A stretch of 64,000 nt of DNA from Salpingoeca rosetta (taxonomy: Eukaryota > Protista > Choanoflagellata). Below the pieces are notes generated by a model. It ran no database searches. It was not told the DNA's origin and worked only from the letters and a program-made list of their open reading frames with translations. Positions 1-18,253 of the stretch are shown here, one piece after another. Location: assembly GCA_033442325.1 (NCBI GenBank), contig JAWQFM010000019.1, forward strand, positions 467,099-531,098, given 5' to 3'. The number at the start of each line of letters is the position of its first letter. Position 1 is the stretch's first letter. A program made the position numbers and the translations under genes.

Positions 1-1
1 T

Positions 2-583
2 AGCGATGGCGCGGCGTTCAACCTTGCCGCAGACGGCCAGGCTGCACAGGCTGCACCCGCCATTACTGTGAGCCAGGGCGGCCGGTACCTGTTCCAGTTG
101 TCCAGCGTCCCAACATCGTCCAGCTTCGTGATTGAGGACGGGGCCGGGGCAACCGTCGCTGGCCCTGCAACCGAGGATCAGGGCGTGCAGCTGCAGCCGG
201 GCGAGCTGGGCGTGGAGTTCACCTACTACGACGGCACAGGCTCGCTCACGGGTAACACCATCACCGTGGACACGACCACCAGCTACTCGCTGCAGTACTC
301 CGGGTATCACGGCACACATACAGGGCCATATCAGCGATACAACACCGCCTACGACCCGAGCAATCACCTGTTCACCCGCGACGTGTTCAGCCTGACGAGC
401 AAAGGGTTTTCCGCGGCGCGCACAGAGTGCAGGGTGGCATGCAGCCAGGACTCCGCCTGCACCGGGTTCTACGTGTATGTCACAGACACGAAGACGGTCT
501 GTCATGGGCTTGCATACCTCGGTGAGCCCACTGACACTTTGGCAGACAGTGAGAGCTGGATCAAGGTCACCCAAGTGAACTAG
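2..583 (+). CDS. 3' end (partial) of a probable extracellular protein with a C-terminal PAN/Apple-like Cys domain
   Basis: Frame is open from base 2 (SDGAAFNLAADGQ...) to TAG at 581-583. Beta-rich region followed by 'ECRVACSQDSACTGFYVY...VCHGL', which matches the C-x3-C-x5-C-x-G-F PAN/Apple pattern. The 5' part lies outside the window. Confidence 0.6.
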   Translation, partial: SDGAAFNLAADGQAAQAAPAITVSQGGRYLFQLSSVPTSSSFVIEDGAGATVAGPATEDQGVQLQPGELGVEFTYYDGTGSLTGNTITVDTTTSYSLQYSGYHGTHTGPYQRYNTAYDPSNHLFTRDVFSLTSKGFSAARTECRVACSQDSACTGFYVYVTDTKTVCHGLAYLGEPTDTLADSESWIKVTQVN

Positions 584-694
584 CTTGCTTGTTGCCAAAC
601 GCGTAGGTTGCTTGGTTTGCCTTGGTGCACATGGTGAACGCCCTCCGTCGATGGAAGGTTGTGACAAAAGGTGCTTGGTCACCTGTAATTGTGG

Positions 695-732
<38 letters not shown>

Positions 733-1228
733 GCTGCGATGTTGGCGCGTTGGATTGGTTGCGATAAGTGGACTCGGCATGCATGTTCATTCGTGTGCGG
801 GATATTTTAGTGGCTTCCTGAAGCGACGGCTAGTGTCTTCAGGCTTGCCCGACGGTTGCGAGGAGTTTGTGTGTGTGTGTGTGCGCGTGTGCGCGTGTGC
901 GTGTGTGCGTGTGCGTGTGCATGTGTGTTTGTACAACGCACACGTGCTATCATGTACACATGTGTGTGCTGGTGTGTTACACTTACACATTTCTTTCATT
1001 CTTTGATTTGTAGCGAAGGAGAGGGAGGGGCGGGAAGAAGGGCAAGAGCGAGAGGCAGTTGTACATTTGTCAGCCTGTTGATTGCTTGTTGTGTGGCCAG
1101 GTTGTTCCTGGTGACCATGTACTCATGTCAGATGTGCACAGCAAAAGCCAAGAACGAAAGACAAGAAACGAAACAGAAACGAACGCAAGAATGAGACATG
1201 GCATGAATGTGATACCGTGTGAACCCAA

Positions 1229-1263
<35 letters not shown>

Positions 1264-1285
1264 CCACACACACACACACACACAT

Positions 1286-1363
<78 letters not shown>

Positions 1364-1485
1364 CGGGTTCAGCAACCTGCTCACACAAAACAGATGCAAA
1401 GCGCGACGCGTATCAACGTGATGAGAGTACCCAGCTCATTTTGAAACACGACAAGATAAGCAAGGCCATGGAAGGGGCACCACCA

Positions 1486-3763
1486 CTATCGCTCCTGCGA
1501 GTCGAGCCATCGCGAGCGGCCCGTCAGCGATCGACACAGGTTGCGCAATGTGGTGTCGAGGTCTGGTGTCACCCAGTGCTGGGCGCCGTGTGTTGGGTGG
1601 GGCTCAGTCACGTCGTTTGAATCGACAAAGATGAGGGGGCTTTCCGAGATGGGAGGCTCGCTGTGCTCCTTCGACTGCCCAGAGCCATGCTTCGTGCCTG
1701 TTCCTGTGGGCTGCGGCGACGTGTGACCCGTGCTCGCTGCGCCACCGCCACCACGTCCAAGCTGCTGATTTGATGCACTCCGCCCAGTGCCACCAAGCGC
1801 AGATGCACGACCGATGCTGCTGGTGTTGTTGTCGTTGTTGGTGGCGGGGTTATTGTGGCCTGTGCTCGTGCTGTCCACGGCCGCGTTGCTGCTACGGTGC
1901 TGCCCACCACCACCGCCGCCACCACCACCACTACCACTGTTACTGCTTGTTGTTGCGACTGCACCATGGTTGGTCGTGGACGTGGTCGCTGCATTCGCCA
2001 CGCTGCTGCCGTTGTTGTCCGTGCCGCCGCCACTGCCACCGTTGCTGGTGCTATTGGGCGCAGCGGGTGCTGTTGATGATGACGACAATGGGCGGTCTGT
2101 CTGCGTTGCTGCCGGGCCGTCGCTGGTTGCTTTCGCTGCTGCTTGCGTGGATGTGCTCGAAGTGTTGTGACCCGAGCTCGCTCCCGCCTCTCCTTGGACA
2201 CCATCATCATGCGGATGTTGGCTTTGTTGTGCGTCCGAGGTTACCTCAGCATCGCCACTGCGTTGTTGTTCTTGCTGTGCACGATCGTGGTCTGTGCCGT
2301 CCTGTGTTCCATCACCTTGCGACGCACCGCCTTTGGTTTGCTGCTGTTGCAATGCTTCCAGTGCACGTGTTTCCTCCTGTTCAGCGCGCTCATGCCGTAG
2401 CGCCAAGTACGCGTGCTCCGCCATGCCCATCACAACACCTGCACACTCCACATACGACAGCTGGTTTCGCAGCACGTGGGCAAGCGAGTCCATGTTGAGT
2501 GGACGTAAGCGGAAAAGGGAGTGGAAGTGTGGCATAAACATTGGGAGAAGAAGAAAAAGGCATGAGCGATGCGTGTATATATATATATACATATATGTGC
2601 GTGCGTGCGTGCGTGTATGTTTGTATGTGTGTGTGTGTGTACGTGGAAGAGGGGGATGCATACCTGGTGTTTGGTGTTGAAGTGTTCGCAAATGGGCGGA
2701 TGAAGGTCCTCCAGCAGCTGTTGAGCGGCGACAGAGGCGTTGCGGATGCGTGAACATGTGTCAATCAGTCTGTGACGCACTGAACAATTCGCAGTGCATC
2801 CTCCACACAGGCAGGCAGCCAGACAGGCAGGCAGGCAGACAGACACACCCACATACGAGACAGACGTGCCAGGAACTGTTTGCACTCACGCCTCGGACGT
2901 CGGTGAAGGTGAGCAGGCGACCAAGCACGTGGTTGCGACGGCACGAGTGCAGGAGCGTGCGAACAGTCACACAAGCATCAGCCGCAGCCATCTGCCCAGC
3001 AAAACACACACCAACACACACACGCAAACAAAAGAGCACACGGATGCGCGCATGAATGAGTGCATGCGGGTGAGTGAAAGGTAGCATGTGTCGACGAAAT
3101 AATTGAGCGTGCGTGTGTGCATCATGAGCGTTCATGAACACCGCAAGCTGTGCACATTTGAACTGCAAGCAGTTGCATCCAAGTTCTTACATCGAGGGAC
3201 GACAGGCCGTAAACCACGTCGTGAAGAGGATCCCAGTGGTTTCGGAACAGCTGCTGCTTCACGCTCGTGTTCAGTGCGAGGCCTAAGCCACAGGTGCAGT
3301 CACGAAGGGTGTGTGTGTGTGTGTGATGGGAATAACGGGCCAATGAAGCAAGTGTGACAAGGAGGGCACGAGGCAGAGGGAAAAAGGACACAGAGCTCAT
3401 TCACTTCACGCTCGCACTCGATTCACACAGGCAGGTACAGCAATACTAACAGACAGACAGAGACAGAGCCAGAGACACACACAGATACAAACACAGACAG
3501 ACAGACAGACACACGACAGCCAAGCCACACTGCCGACCTTGAATAGTGCAGGCGCGAGGGAAGAGGTCCTCTGTGAGGAATCGACTGAAGCAGTCAGCAA
3601 GCGCAGCAGCAGAGCCCTTGAAGCGGCTGCTGTACAGATGGAAGCTGGCACGCACGAGCATGGAGAGAAAGTGGCGTGGCAACAGCTTATCCTGTTCGCG
3701 CTGCTCCGCTCGCCACGGCCACTCCACATCGCCTGTGATGCGTCGTGTGTGTGTGTGCGTGTG

Positions 3764-3806
<43 letters not shown>

Positions 3807-4469
3807 GTGTGTGTGTGCGAATGAATACACCAACTCGCACACTACTGTCGCCTTCACCCCAACAACCGTCGTCATCATCACCACCACTACGACGAAGACC
3901 ACAAGCAGGTAGGAATGCGTCCCAGGTTCTCGCACCGAGAGCAGTCTGCAGTGCGGCCATTGTGACTTTGTGGCGCTGCAGCTGACAGTCGAGAAACACT
4001 TGGTGGAGCTGCAGTACACGCGCACATGTGTGCGTGTGAATGTCACGTGGTGAATCGAACATGGGCACGATGTATGCATGCGTGCTGCGTGCTGTGTGCA
4101 CAGTCATTGTTGAGTGTGCTACACCCACACTTGATGGCAGACGTGTGTGTGTGCATGATGTTGAGCAAACTCGTGTTGAACAGGGCATCTGTGCCGTACT
4201 TGGAAGCGTTTGAGAATGTAGACATTATCGCATGCGACAGGCACGGCAATCTTGGAGTAGAAATGGTACACGCGACGCAGCAGGCTCATGTTCTGCAGCA
4301 CAACATTCGTGATCTGATGGTGGTGGTGGCAGTGGTTGTGGAGGAGGTGGTGGTGGGCACGGCGTGAATAATTGCTGAGGCGAAGAAGCCGACACTCGAC
4401 ATGAATACCATCACACACATGCACTGGTACGTTCATGCACAGGTAGTTAATGCACACACACACACACAC

Positions 4470-4535
<66 letters not shown>

Positions 4536-6609
4536 GCATTCAGTCGTTTGCACACCTGCTGGTCGCCAAATGCGTTGTCTTCGCCATGCAAGTCTTCAAA
4601 TGCAGGAATGAAGGTTGCATAGCACTCTTCATCAAGCTCTGACGTCAGGCGATCATCCTTGAATTCAAGGCGCCGCTGAACGCCGTTTGGAAACGTCATC
4701 GTGTGCTGTACACATGTCCAACCGTGCACGTGTGTGTGTGCATGAGAGTGGCAATAAGCATGGGTGTATACGCTCGTTACACACGTGTGTGAGTGTGTGT
4801 GTGTGTGTGTGTGCATATGTACAATGCAGATGAGACTGAGCGTGATTCAACAGGAAAACAGCATTTCATGAATATGGTGGCGTGCATATGGGGTGTGGCT
4901 GACATACCGTGCCGTGCTTTGTGTTGTAGTGCCACGTGCCCTGAAGAATGGCACCACTGTGTCGTTGGAGGAGCAGTGAATGCAATGAAAACAAAAGCGT
5001 GCGCGTGTGTGTGTGAGAGCAAATACGGGCATGTGTGCGCCTTCAGTAGACCAGAGTGCGGACAAAGAAGTCACTCCACGCAGAGACATAAAACAGAGAA
5101 AGGGACAGGCATAGGATGATGGAAGCGGGGCATCGCACACACACTAAATAAAACATGTTCAAACACACAGACGGACGGACAGACGGACACACATACATCC
5201 ACAGATAAACACACACACAGACACACAGGCACACGCACACAGATAAACACAGACACACAGACACAGACGCACGCACACGCACGCACACTGTACAAAGGCT
5301 TACTCTGCGAAGAAGAAAGTGCCCTGCCCGTGACGTCTGCCGTGCTCAAAGTGTCCCTCGTAACTGTTGCGGCACACGTACTGCGAGCCATCAATCCGCT
5401 CCTGTATCCACGTGTACCGGCCAGTGCCGTGGGGGGCGTTGTTCGCCCACGCACCATCATACTCCTGCAGTACCAGCGGTGGTTGCAGATGAGTGGTGGT
5501 GAGAAGGAATGAAGGGGACTTCGTGCTTGGGGGCATGGGTGCACATCTCATTCATGGCAGATGTGTGTGTGAGTGTGTGTGTGTGTGGGGGGGGGGGCGG
5601 TGGCCTAAAACAATGAAGCAGGTGTGGAATGTCAGCAGCACGCCTTGATGTTGTGGCACGACCCCCTACCTCGTTCTTGTTGGTCCAGATCATTTTGCCG
5701 CGGCCGCTCTTGATACCGTTCTCCCACTCGCCCTCATACACGCTGCCGGACCTGTGCACACGTGCGCATGGCGGGGTGTGTGCGTAAAAGCGTAAATGTG
5801 AGTGAGTGAGTGAGTGAGTGAGTGAGTGAGTGAGTGAGTGAGTGAGTGAGTGAGTGAGTGAGTGAGTGAGTAAGTGAGTGAGTGAGTGAGTGAGTGAGTG
5901 AGTGAGTAAGTGAGTGAGTGAGTGAGTGAGTGAGTGAGTGAGTGAGTGAGTGAGTGAGTGAGTGAGTGAGAGTGTGTGTGCACATGTGTGCGTCTCATGA
6001 CCCCCCCCCCCTTGTGCTCAATAACACGTGTGACCCTCAACCCATTTTCGGCGCACACACAGCAACTACTTACGGGTACACCATTTTGCCGCGACCACAG
6101 GGCCTGTTGTTCACCCACTCTCCCTCGTACACCTGGCCATTTCCATAGTCAAGCCGCCCCTGCAGTTGACAGGACACAGGCGTAAGGCAGCACATCAACG
6201 GTTTGAGCGTTACGGCGTTGGCGAGAGCACTCATTGGAGTGTAGCAGGATGCAAATATCACAGCACACATCGTGCGCGCAAGGCGGCTTGTGCGCGTCAC
6301 CACAGCACATCGTGCATGTCGACACCCCTTCTCCCGGACACACATATGCGTGTGAGTATACCAACCGTTCCGTGGCGCAGACTGTTGTGCCACTGCCCTT
6401 GGTATATCGCACCAGACGCAAGCGACAACGTTCCCTGGCCGTGCCTCAACCCACGGTTTACTTCCCCAACGTAGGTGCTGCAGTGTTTAAGGTATGGACG
6501 ACAGCAATGAATAAACCAAACGTCAATTGCGGGGGGTGTTGGTGAATACAGGCGGTGGCGAGCGCCGTGGTGTCAGCAAGACAAAGCCATAGCCATGATC
6601 AATTCAAGT

Positions 6610-6695
<86 letters not shown>

Positions 6696-7440
6696 ACACA
6701 CACATGCATAGTGCACGAACGCACCTGCCGTCCGGCCATGTGTAAGTGCCGCTGCCTTGGATGAGGTTGTCCACAAAGGTGCCCGTGTACGTGACACCAT
6801 CCACCCACGAGAATGTCCCGTTGCCGTGCAACAGACCAGAATCAAAGTCACCCTGGATCCCAACACACGGTGACATGATTGTGTGAGAGAGTTGTCGGTC
6901 AGGGAATGCAAGCCACACGGGCACCTTAGCAAGAAGAGCTGGCCCATACGCGAGCAAGGGCACACAGATGACGCAGGCTTATGCGCCAGCACAAGCAACC
7001 ATTCGCACGATGTACACGCTTTTTCCCTTCCTCGACCAGAATGGCATGTTCAACGTTCGCACAACCTCGTAGGTGTTGCCTGTGGAGAAGGTAGCCTTGC
7101 CCTTGCCATGATACAAGGAGTTCTCCGTGTCGCCTTCGTATTGGGAGACGACGAGCTTCGCCAGCGTGGGATCAAATGGGTACAACACGTCTTTTGTCTC
7201 GAACGCCGAGTCCTCCATCATGCCTGGTGTTGTGATGGGGATCGTGTTTATCGGCGCTGTCGTCGCAGTCTTGGGTGTGCCAGGCACTTCATCATCCACG
7301 TTGTCCATTTCCGCCACATCCCCGTCCTCCCCAACACGGCTCACATCATCTTTGTCCTTGTCCTTGTCCTTGTCTTTATCTTTGTCCTTGTCTTTATCCT
7401 TGTCCCTTCCCTTGTCCCTCCTGCTCTTTCCACTCGTCAT
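1486..7440 (-). CDS. RSPH10B: Radial spoke head 10 homolog B-like MORN-repeat ciliary protein (multi-exon)
   Basis: ATG 7440 (MTSGKSRR, then a (DK)n tract). Exons ~7440-7066, 6852-6725, 6477-6366, 6159-6075, 5751-5670, 5465-5304 and 4957-4907 encode tandem MORN repeats (YEGEWVNNRPCGRG, YEGEWENGIKSGRG, NSYEGHFEHGRRHGQGTFFF). These are followed by RSPH10B-type segments 'VLQNMSLLRRVYHFYS...DNVYILKRFQ', 'FLDCQLQRHKVT' and 'LLPRHFLSMLVRASFHLY'. A low-complexity last exon ends at TAG 1486. The introns I checked are GT-AG; the 3' exon structure is less certain. Confidence 0.75.
5798..5970. repeat. (TGAG)n tetranucleotide microsatellite in an RSPH10B intron, representative of dozens of intronic SSRs
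   Basis: Directly visible. Confidence 0.95.
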
Positions 7441-7536
7441 GCTCGCTCGTGTGATGATGTGTTGGTGGTGGAGTTGTGTTCTGTTGGTGGGGGTTGTGCT
7501 GTTGTCTCCTCTGGTTGCTTGTTCTGCTGTTTGCCA

Positions 7537-7543
7537 GTTGCCA
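7537..7543 (+). promoter_or_regulatory. RFX half-site-like motif GTTGCCA about 100 bp upstream of the ciliary RSPH10B-like ATG
   Basis: GTTGCCA at 7537-7543 with a near-copy GTTTGCCA just before it. RFX X-box half-sites are typical of ciliary gene promoters, but this heptamer also occurs elsewhere in the window. Confidence 0.35.
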
Positions 7544-7805
7544 AGTTGTGAAGAATTGCAATACTGCCCGTCACTTTTCGCAGCAATCCTGTGTGTGTGT
7601 GTGGACTGAGCACAAACACACAGAAACAAGTGTGCAACCGAGCACACACCTCACGGCACCACCTCTCACACATCGACCTCAACACCACACGCATTCTCGT
7701 CCTGTTCACCTCGCCTTCCAAGCAGCCCTTGGCCTCAGTGACGCGCGACGAGCCAGTCAGTCACCAGTTTGACACCGATTTGGCACACCTTTGGTCGGCA
7801 CAACA

Positions 7806-8996
7806 ATGGGCTGGACGCTGCGGATCCGGTACAGTGGCAGTGTGCAGCAGTTGCATGACGTGGACGAAACCGCATCCCTGCAGGCGCTGCATGATCGCAT
7901 TGCCGCCGCCGTTGGCGTGCCTGCAGAGTCCATGCGCCTGCTTGCCGGGTTCCCGCCACGGCCACTGGCAAGCGCTGATGATGTAGCCACAACGGAGAAG
8001 CCATTGACAGAGATACCGGGCCTCAGCAACTGCACCACGTTGGTCGTGACACAGCCGCCACAACAGCAGCAACAGCAGGAGCAGCAAGGCGATGAGCACA
8101 GCAGCGGCGGCGCCGACGCTGCTTCGCGTGCAATTGCAGCGCGTGCAGCAAAGGCATCACGGGCCCGGGACGGCGCAGGCAAAGGTGGAGGTGGACCTGG
8201 ACGTGGGCGTGGGCGTGGCGGCAAGCCAACAGCGAGTGAAGAACAGGCAGACGCGCTCTCGTGGCAGGATGGGCTCGCAGACGACCTCATCAAGGCTGTG
8301 GACGGCAACGCCGTGACAGCGTCCCTGCGCGACCTTCGACAAAGCGTCAAGGACATGATGCTGAAGGCTCAGGCGCAGCGTCGGGCGTACGACCGGGAAA
8401 CGGCTGCGCGCGGCGGCACACACGAGATTGGCGACGTGCCCGGCGAGTTTACGCTGAGCGGCATCTCGCGGCGGTTCCGCGTCACGTTCCCCATTGGTCG
8501 ACGCAAGACGGCGCACGAGGACTACCCGAAGCTGCCCGCCATCATCATCGGTCACCTCTTCACGCAGCTGTCGAGGCACCCTGACCACCGGGAGAACCTG
8601 CGGCCGTTCAACATGGCGCTGACATCGCCCAACGTGTTCTGGAACGTGGTGCGGCTCAAGGACGAGACAGGGGAGGCGGCTGCCAACATGGACCTGGAGG
8701 AGTATGTGCAGTCGCTGGCGCCGGGTGCAGACTGGTCCTTTCTGCGGCACCGCGTGCGCAACATGTCTGCGAAAGCTCTCGAGAACAAGCGGATGGCCGA
8801 CGAGCGGAAGAGGCGGAGAGAGGCGCGGCAGGCCAAGGCGAAGCGAGCAAAGGCACAGGCCGACGATGGCGACGATGGTGATGACGGTGGTGACGACGGT
8901 GACGAGGACGACAATGATGGTGGTGGTGAAGCTGTTGTGGGTGACGAACAGGAGACAGGCACGGCCGATGACGATGCTGTTGTGGTCGTGGACTGA
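7806..8996 (+). CDS. Intronless protein with an N-terminal ubiquitin-like (OTU1-UBXL-like) domain, an uncharacterised central domain and a basic/acidic tail
   Basis: Long clean ORF with GC-biased coding-style codons; ATG at 7806 in acaATGg context. 'LRIRYSGSVQQL...SLQALHDRIAAAVGVPAESMRLLAGFPPRPL' fits a Ubl fold with a GFPP loop. Confidence 0.8.
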   Translation: MGWTLRIRYSGSVQQLHDVDETASLQALHDRIAAAVGVPAESMRLLAGFPPRPLASADDVATTEKPLTEIPGLSNCTTLVVTQPPQQQQQQEQQGDEHSSGGADAASRAIAARAAKASRARDGAGKGGGGPGRGRGRGGKPTASEEQADALSWQDGLADDLIKAVDGNAVTASLRDLRQSVKDMMLKAQAQRRAYDRETAARGGTHEIGDVPGEFTLSGISRRFRVTFPIGRRKTAHEDYPKLPAIIIGHLFTQLSRHPDHRENLRPFNMALTSPNVFWNVVRLKDETGEAAANMDLEEYVQSLAPGADWSFLRHRVRNMSAKALENKRMADERKRRREARQAKAKRAKAQADDGDDGDDGGDDGDEDDNDGGGEAVVGDEQETGTADDDAVVVVD

Positions 8997-9034
8997 TAAA
9001 CGAACGCGAGAATGTGTGTGTGTGTGTGTGTGTG

Positions 9035-9150
9035 GATGAACGGAGAAGTGTTTGACTTCTTGGGTTTTTCTGCTTCCCCGTGGTTGAATTGTGATGAACG
9101 GAGAAGTGTTTGACTTCTTGGGTTTTTCTGCTTCCCCGTGGTTGAATTGT
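9035..9150. repeat. Perfect 58-bp tandem duplication between convergent genes
   Basis: gatgaacggagaagtgtttgacttcttgggtttttctgcttccccgtggttgaattgt at 9035-9092 and 9093-9150. Confidence 0.95.
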
Positions 9151-9400
9151 GTTCATTTCGTCGACAACACATGCGCCCTCTCTATGAAACGAAACCGAGC
9201 AAAAAGTAAACAACTCCAACGTCACAACAACAGCACCAGGAACCAAACGAACACAGCATGCAAGGGCTATGAAAGAGCATTCTCTGTTAACAGCAAAGCA
9301 AGCAAGCAACACCAAGCCTGAGTCGACCCTCACCACGTGTTTCAGAATGCGTTGTGTGTGTGTATGTGTGTGTGTGTGTATGCGTGTGTGTGTGCACGCG

Positions 9401-15460
<6,060 letters not shown>

Positions 15461-15580
15461 CGTCGCCCAACGATCGCTGTTGTAATCGTCTGTGTCGTCG
15501 ACGTGCACACGTGCTGCGCTGTTTTGTGGGCGTTTTCGCTTTCTCTTGCTTCTCGTGTGCGTGTGTGCGTGTGTGTGTGC

Positions 15581-15616
<36 letters not shown>

Positions 15617-15952
15617 GTGTGTGTGTGTTGAAATGTGATAAACATGAGCGTGCGCGCCTTTCAGCTGCGCTCTTCTCGCTCCCACTCTCACAACCCCTCT
15701 CCCCATTCCACTCATTCCTGCACTCACGCATTCATTTACAGAGCAACACAACACAAAGCAAAGTAACAGTCAAACACATGTGTCACATCACATCATGTCA
15801 CACCGTGCGGGAACCAAAGCAATTAGCACACACTCCACATAACCATGAACCCATCCCCTCTTCCTGCTCTCCCTCTGCATCTCCCCACCTCCATCATCTC
15901 GACAGCATCGTATCCCACCTTCTCCACATCTCCACATCTTCACAGCACCGCA

Positions 15953-16107
15953 TCACCCTTGCAGGCCTGCCACCATATCTGCTGCTGCGTACAGGGCTGT
16001 GCGCGCGTCTGTCTCCGCTGCCAGTGCAGCGAGAGCGCGCGGCGTTCGCCTCTCATCGCCCACGTCGCTCGCAGTGCCTGTGGGGGGGGGGGGGGGGGAA
16101 GGGTGCC

Positions 16108-16160
<53 letters not shown>

Positions 16161-16389
16161 GGTGTTGTTGTTGTTGGGAATGGGCTGTGAACCAGGGAGC
16201 ACATTTCACAGATAGATAGATAGGCGGCCAGCCGTTCACGCATTAAGAGACAGACGGACACGCAGACACACACAACAGCGTACGCNNNNNNNNNNNNNNN
16301 NNNNNNNNNNNNNNNNNNNNNNNNNNNNNNNNNNNNNNNNNNNNNNNNNNNNNNNNNNNNNNNNNNNNNNNNNNNNNNNNNNNNNATCT

Positions 16390-16448
<59 letters not shown>

Positions 16449-16948
16449 AGATAATAACAAGACATGCAGATGTTTGGAGGAGCGGTGTGGCGTGGAACAG
16501 ACCCAAACGCCCATGGTACCAGCTGCACCAACAGACAGACAGACAGACAGACACGCGAGCGTGCTATCCACCTTGCATGTGGGGCGCTGATATCGATGAT
16601 GTGCGCACAGCGGTGACCTGTGGGAACAGAGACCACCTCTGGATATGAGCGCAGCAGCTCCTGCACCACTCGCTGCCGTTCAGCGTTGACACGCGCATAC
16701 TGTGTGTATGTGTTTGGGATGATGTGCAACGTGTGAGCAGCTCGAAGCTGATTGGATGGCGTGGCGACATGCGTACGCAGCGACTCTTGTGCACACACAC
16801 ACACACACACGCACAACAGCTCGCCCTACCTGTGCGAATCCTTGAAAGAACAACTGTGGGCTGCGAGATCGTTCAACCCTGAGCGAAGCAGCACCACGCA
16901 CATTCATGTTCACGTTACATGTTTCATAAAGATGAGGGGAAGGCGTTG

Positions 16949-17013
<65 letters not shown>

Positions 17014-17978
17014 GGAAATCACAACCGCACACTTCCGTGCACGCGTGCCATGAACGTTCAGCATGCACACCACACCCGAAATCAACTGACCGCTGCACAA
17101 AGCGTGAGAGCTCTGGCTTGCAGATATCATCAACATGCGCCGCCACACGCTCAATGGTTTGGCTCTGTGTTGATGCATGTCGGGCATGAGAAACCACGAG
17201 AAGTGAGCAGGTCGGGATCTTGGAGTACAGTATAAGCAATCGCTTGACACGCTCCCAAGCATACACCGACACACACACACACACATACGCACATAGACAG
17301 ACAGACACATACGCACTGTTCGCTGTTCGTTGACGGCAAAGGTAAGGAAGAAGCCGAGGCCATGGCAGGTTCCCTTCAGGTTGTATGTGCGGTGTGTTCC
17401 AGTGTTACTGATGGCGGCGCCTTCTGGATTCCTGGTCACTGATGTGGTGACTTCTGTGAACGTGATTCCAGACAGGCTGGCCATGGTCTTGACATGGCCG
17501 AGCGCATCGTCCACTTCCACGTGTTGCACGGACTTGTGAGGCGCAGGCCTGTCTTTGTCGCCCTCGGTTGTCTGTTCCGCTGTCAGCAGCTGCTTCCTGC
17601 ACGCACGCATGCACGCACGCGACAACGCACAGTAATTGACATGAGGAGTGAAAGCAGAGCAGCAGCAGCAGCAGCAATGAAGGTAGATACCTCAGGGAGT
17701 GGTGCGAACCAGGCAAGCAGCAAGCCCAGGGACAGTCGGCAAGCAAGCAGCCAAACAGCAACCCACTGCACGACTGACATGATGGCATCTACGTGGTGCT
17801 GGTCCACGGACTCCTCCTGGGCGGCGGCCCATTCCTTTCGCAGCTGCGTCACCTCTTTTCTCAACGCAGCCACACGCGCAGCGAGATCCCGCGTCCTCCC
17901 ACTGCGTGCCTGCATCGCCGCTATGCCGCTTGTGCCGCTTGTGCCGCTGCTGGTCGTGGTTGTCGTCGTGGTCGCCAT
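15953..17978 (-). CDS. CENPP: Centromere protein P-like inner kinetochore (CCAN) protein; one exon may lie in the gap
   Basis: N-terminal coiled coil (DLAARVAALRKEVTQLRKE), then 'LSGITFT...HRTYNLKGTCHGLGFFLTFAVNE' and 'ICKPELSRFVQR/VERSRSPQLFFQGFAQ/YARVNAERQRVVQELLRSYPEVV'. These parallel the recalled animal CENP-P motifs (LSGI; RLSGNC; ELSEFVSRAEE..DLFMFF; KYP). Start is 17978 or 17915; the putative last exon ends at TGA 15953. Confidence 0.6.
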
Positions 17979-18253
17979 CGTTGTTGTTTGCTGGATGCGG
18001 CTGTTTGCTGGATGCGGCTGCTGGATGCACTTCGTATTCGCCAGCAACGACCAGCAAAGACCGTTACTGCAATTTGTGGTGTCGTTTGGGACATCTGTGT
18101 TTGGATTTCTCGGTTGCTTGCGGTGTGTGCTGACTGTTCATTCACCCCCCTGCTTTGCTTTGCTTGCTTCACTTGTGGCACGATCACCTTTGCGCGGCTC
18201 TCCCCGACCTTGTTGTACAGACACAAGGTGCGACAGACAGACAGACAGACACC

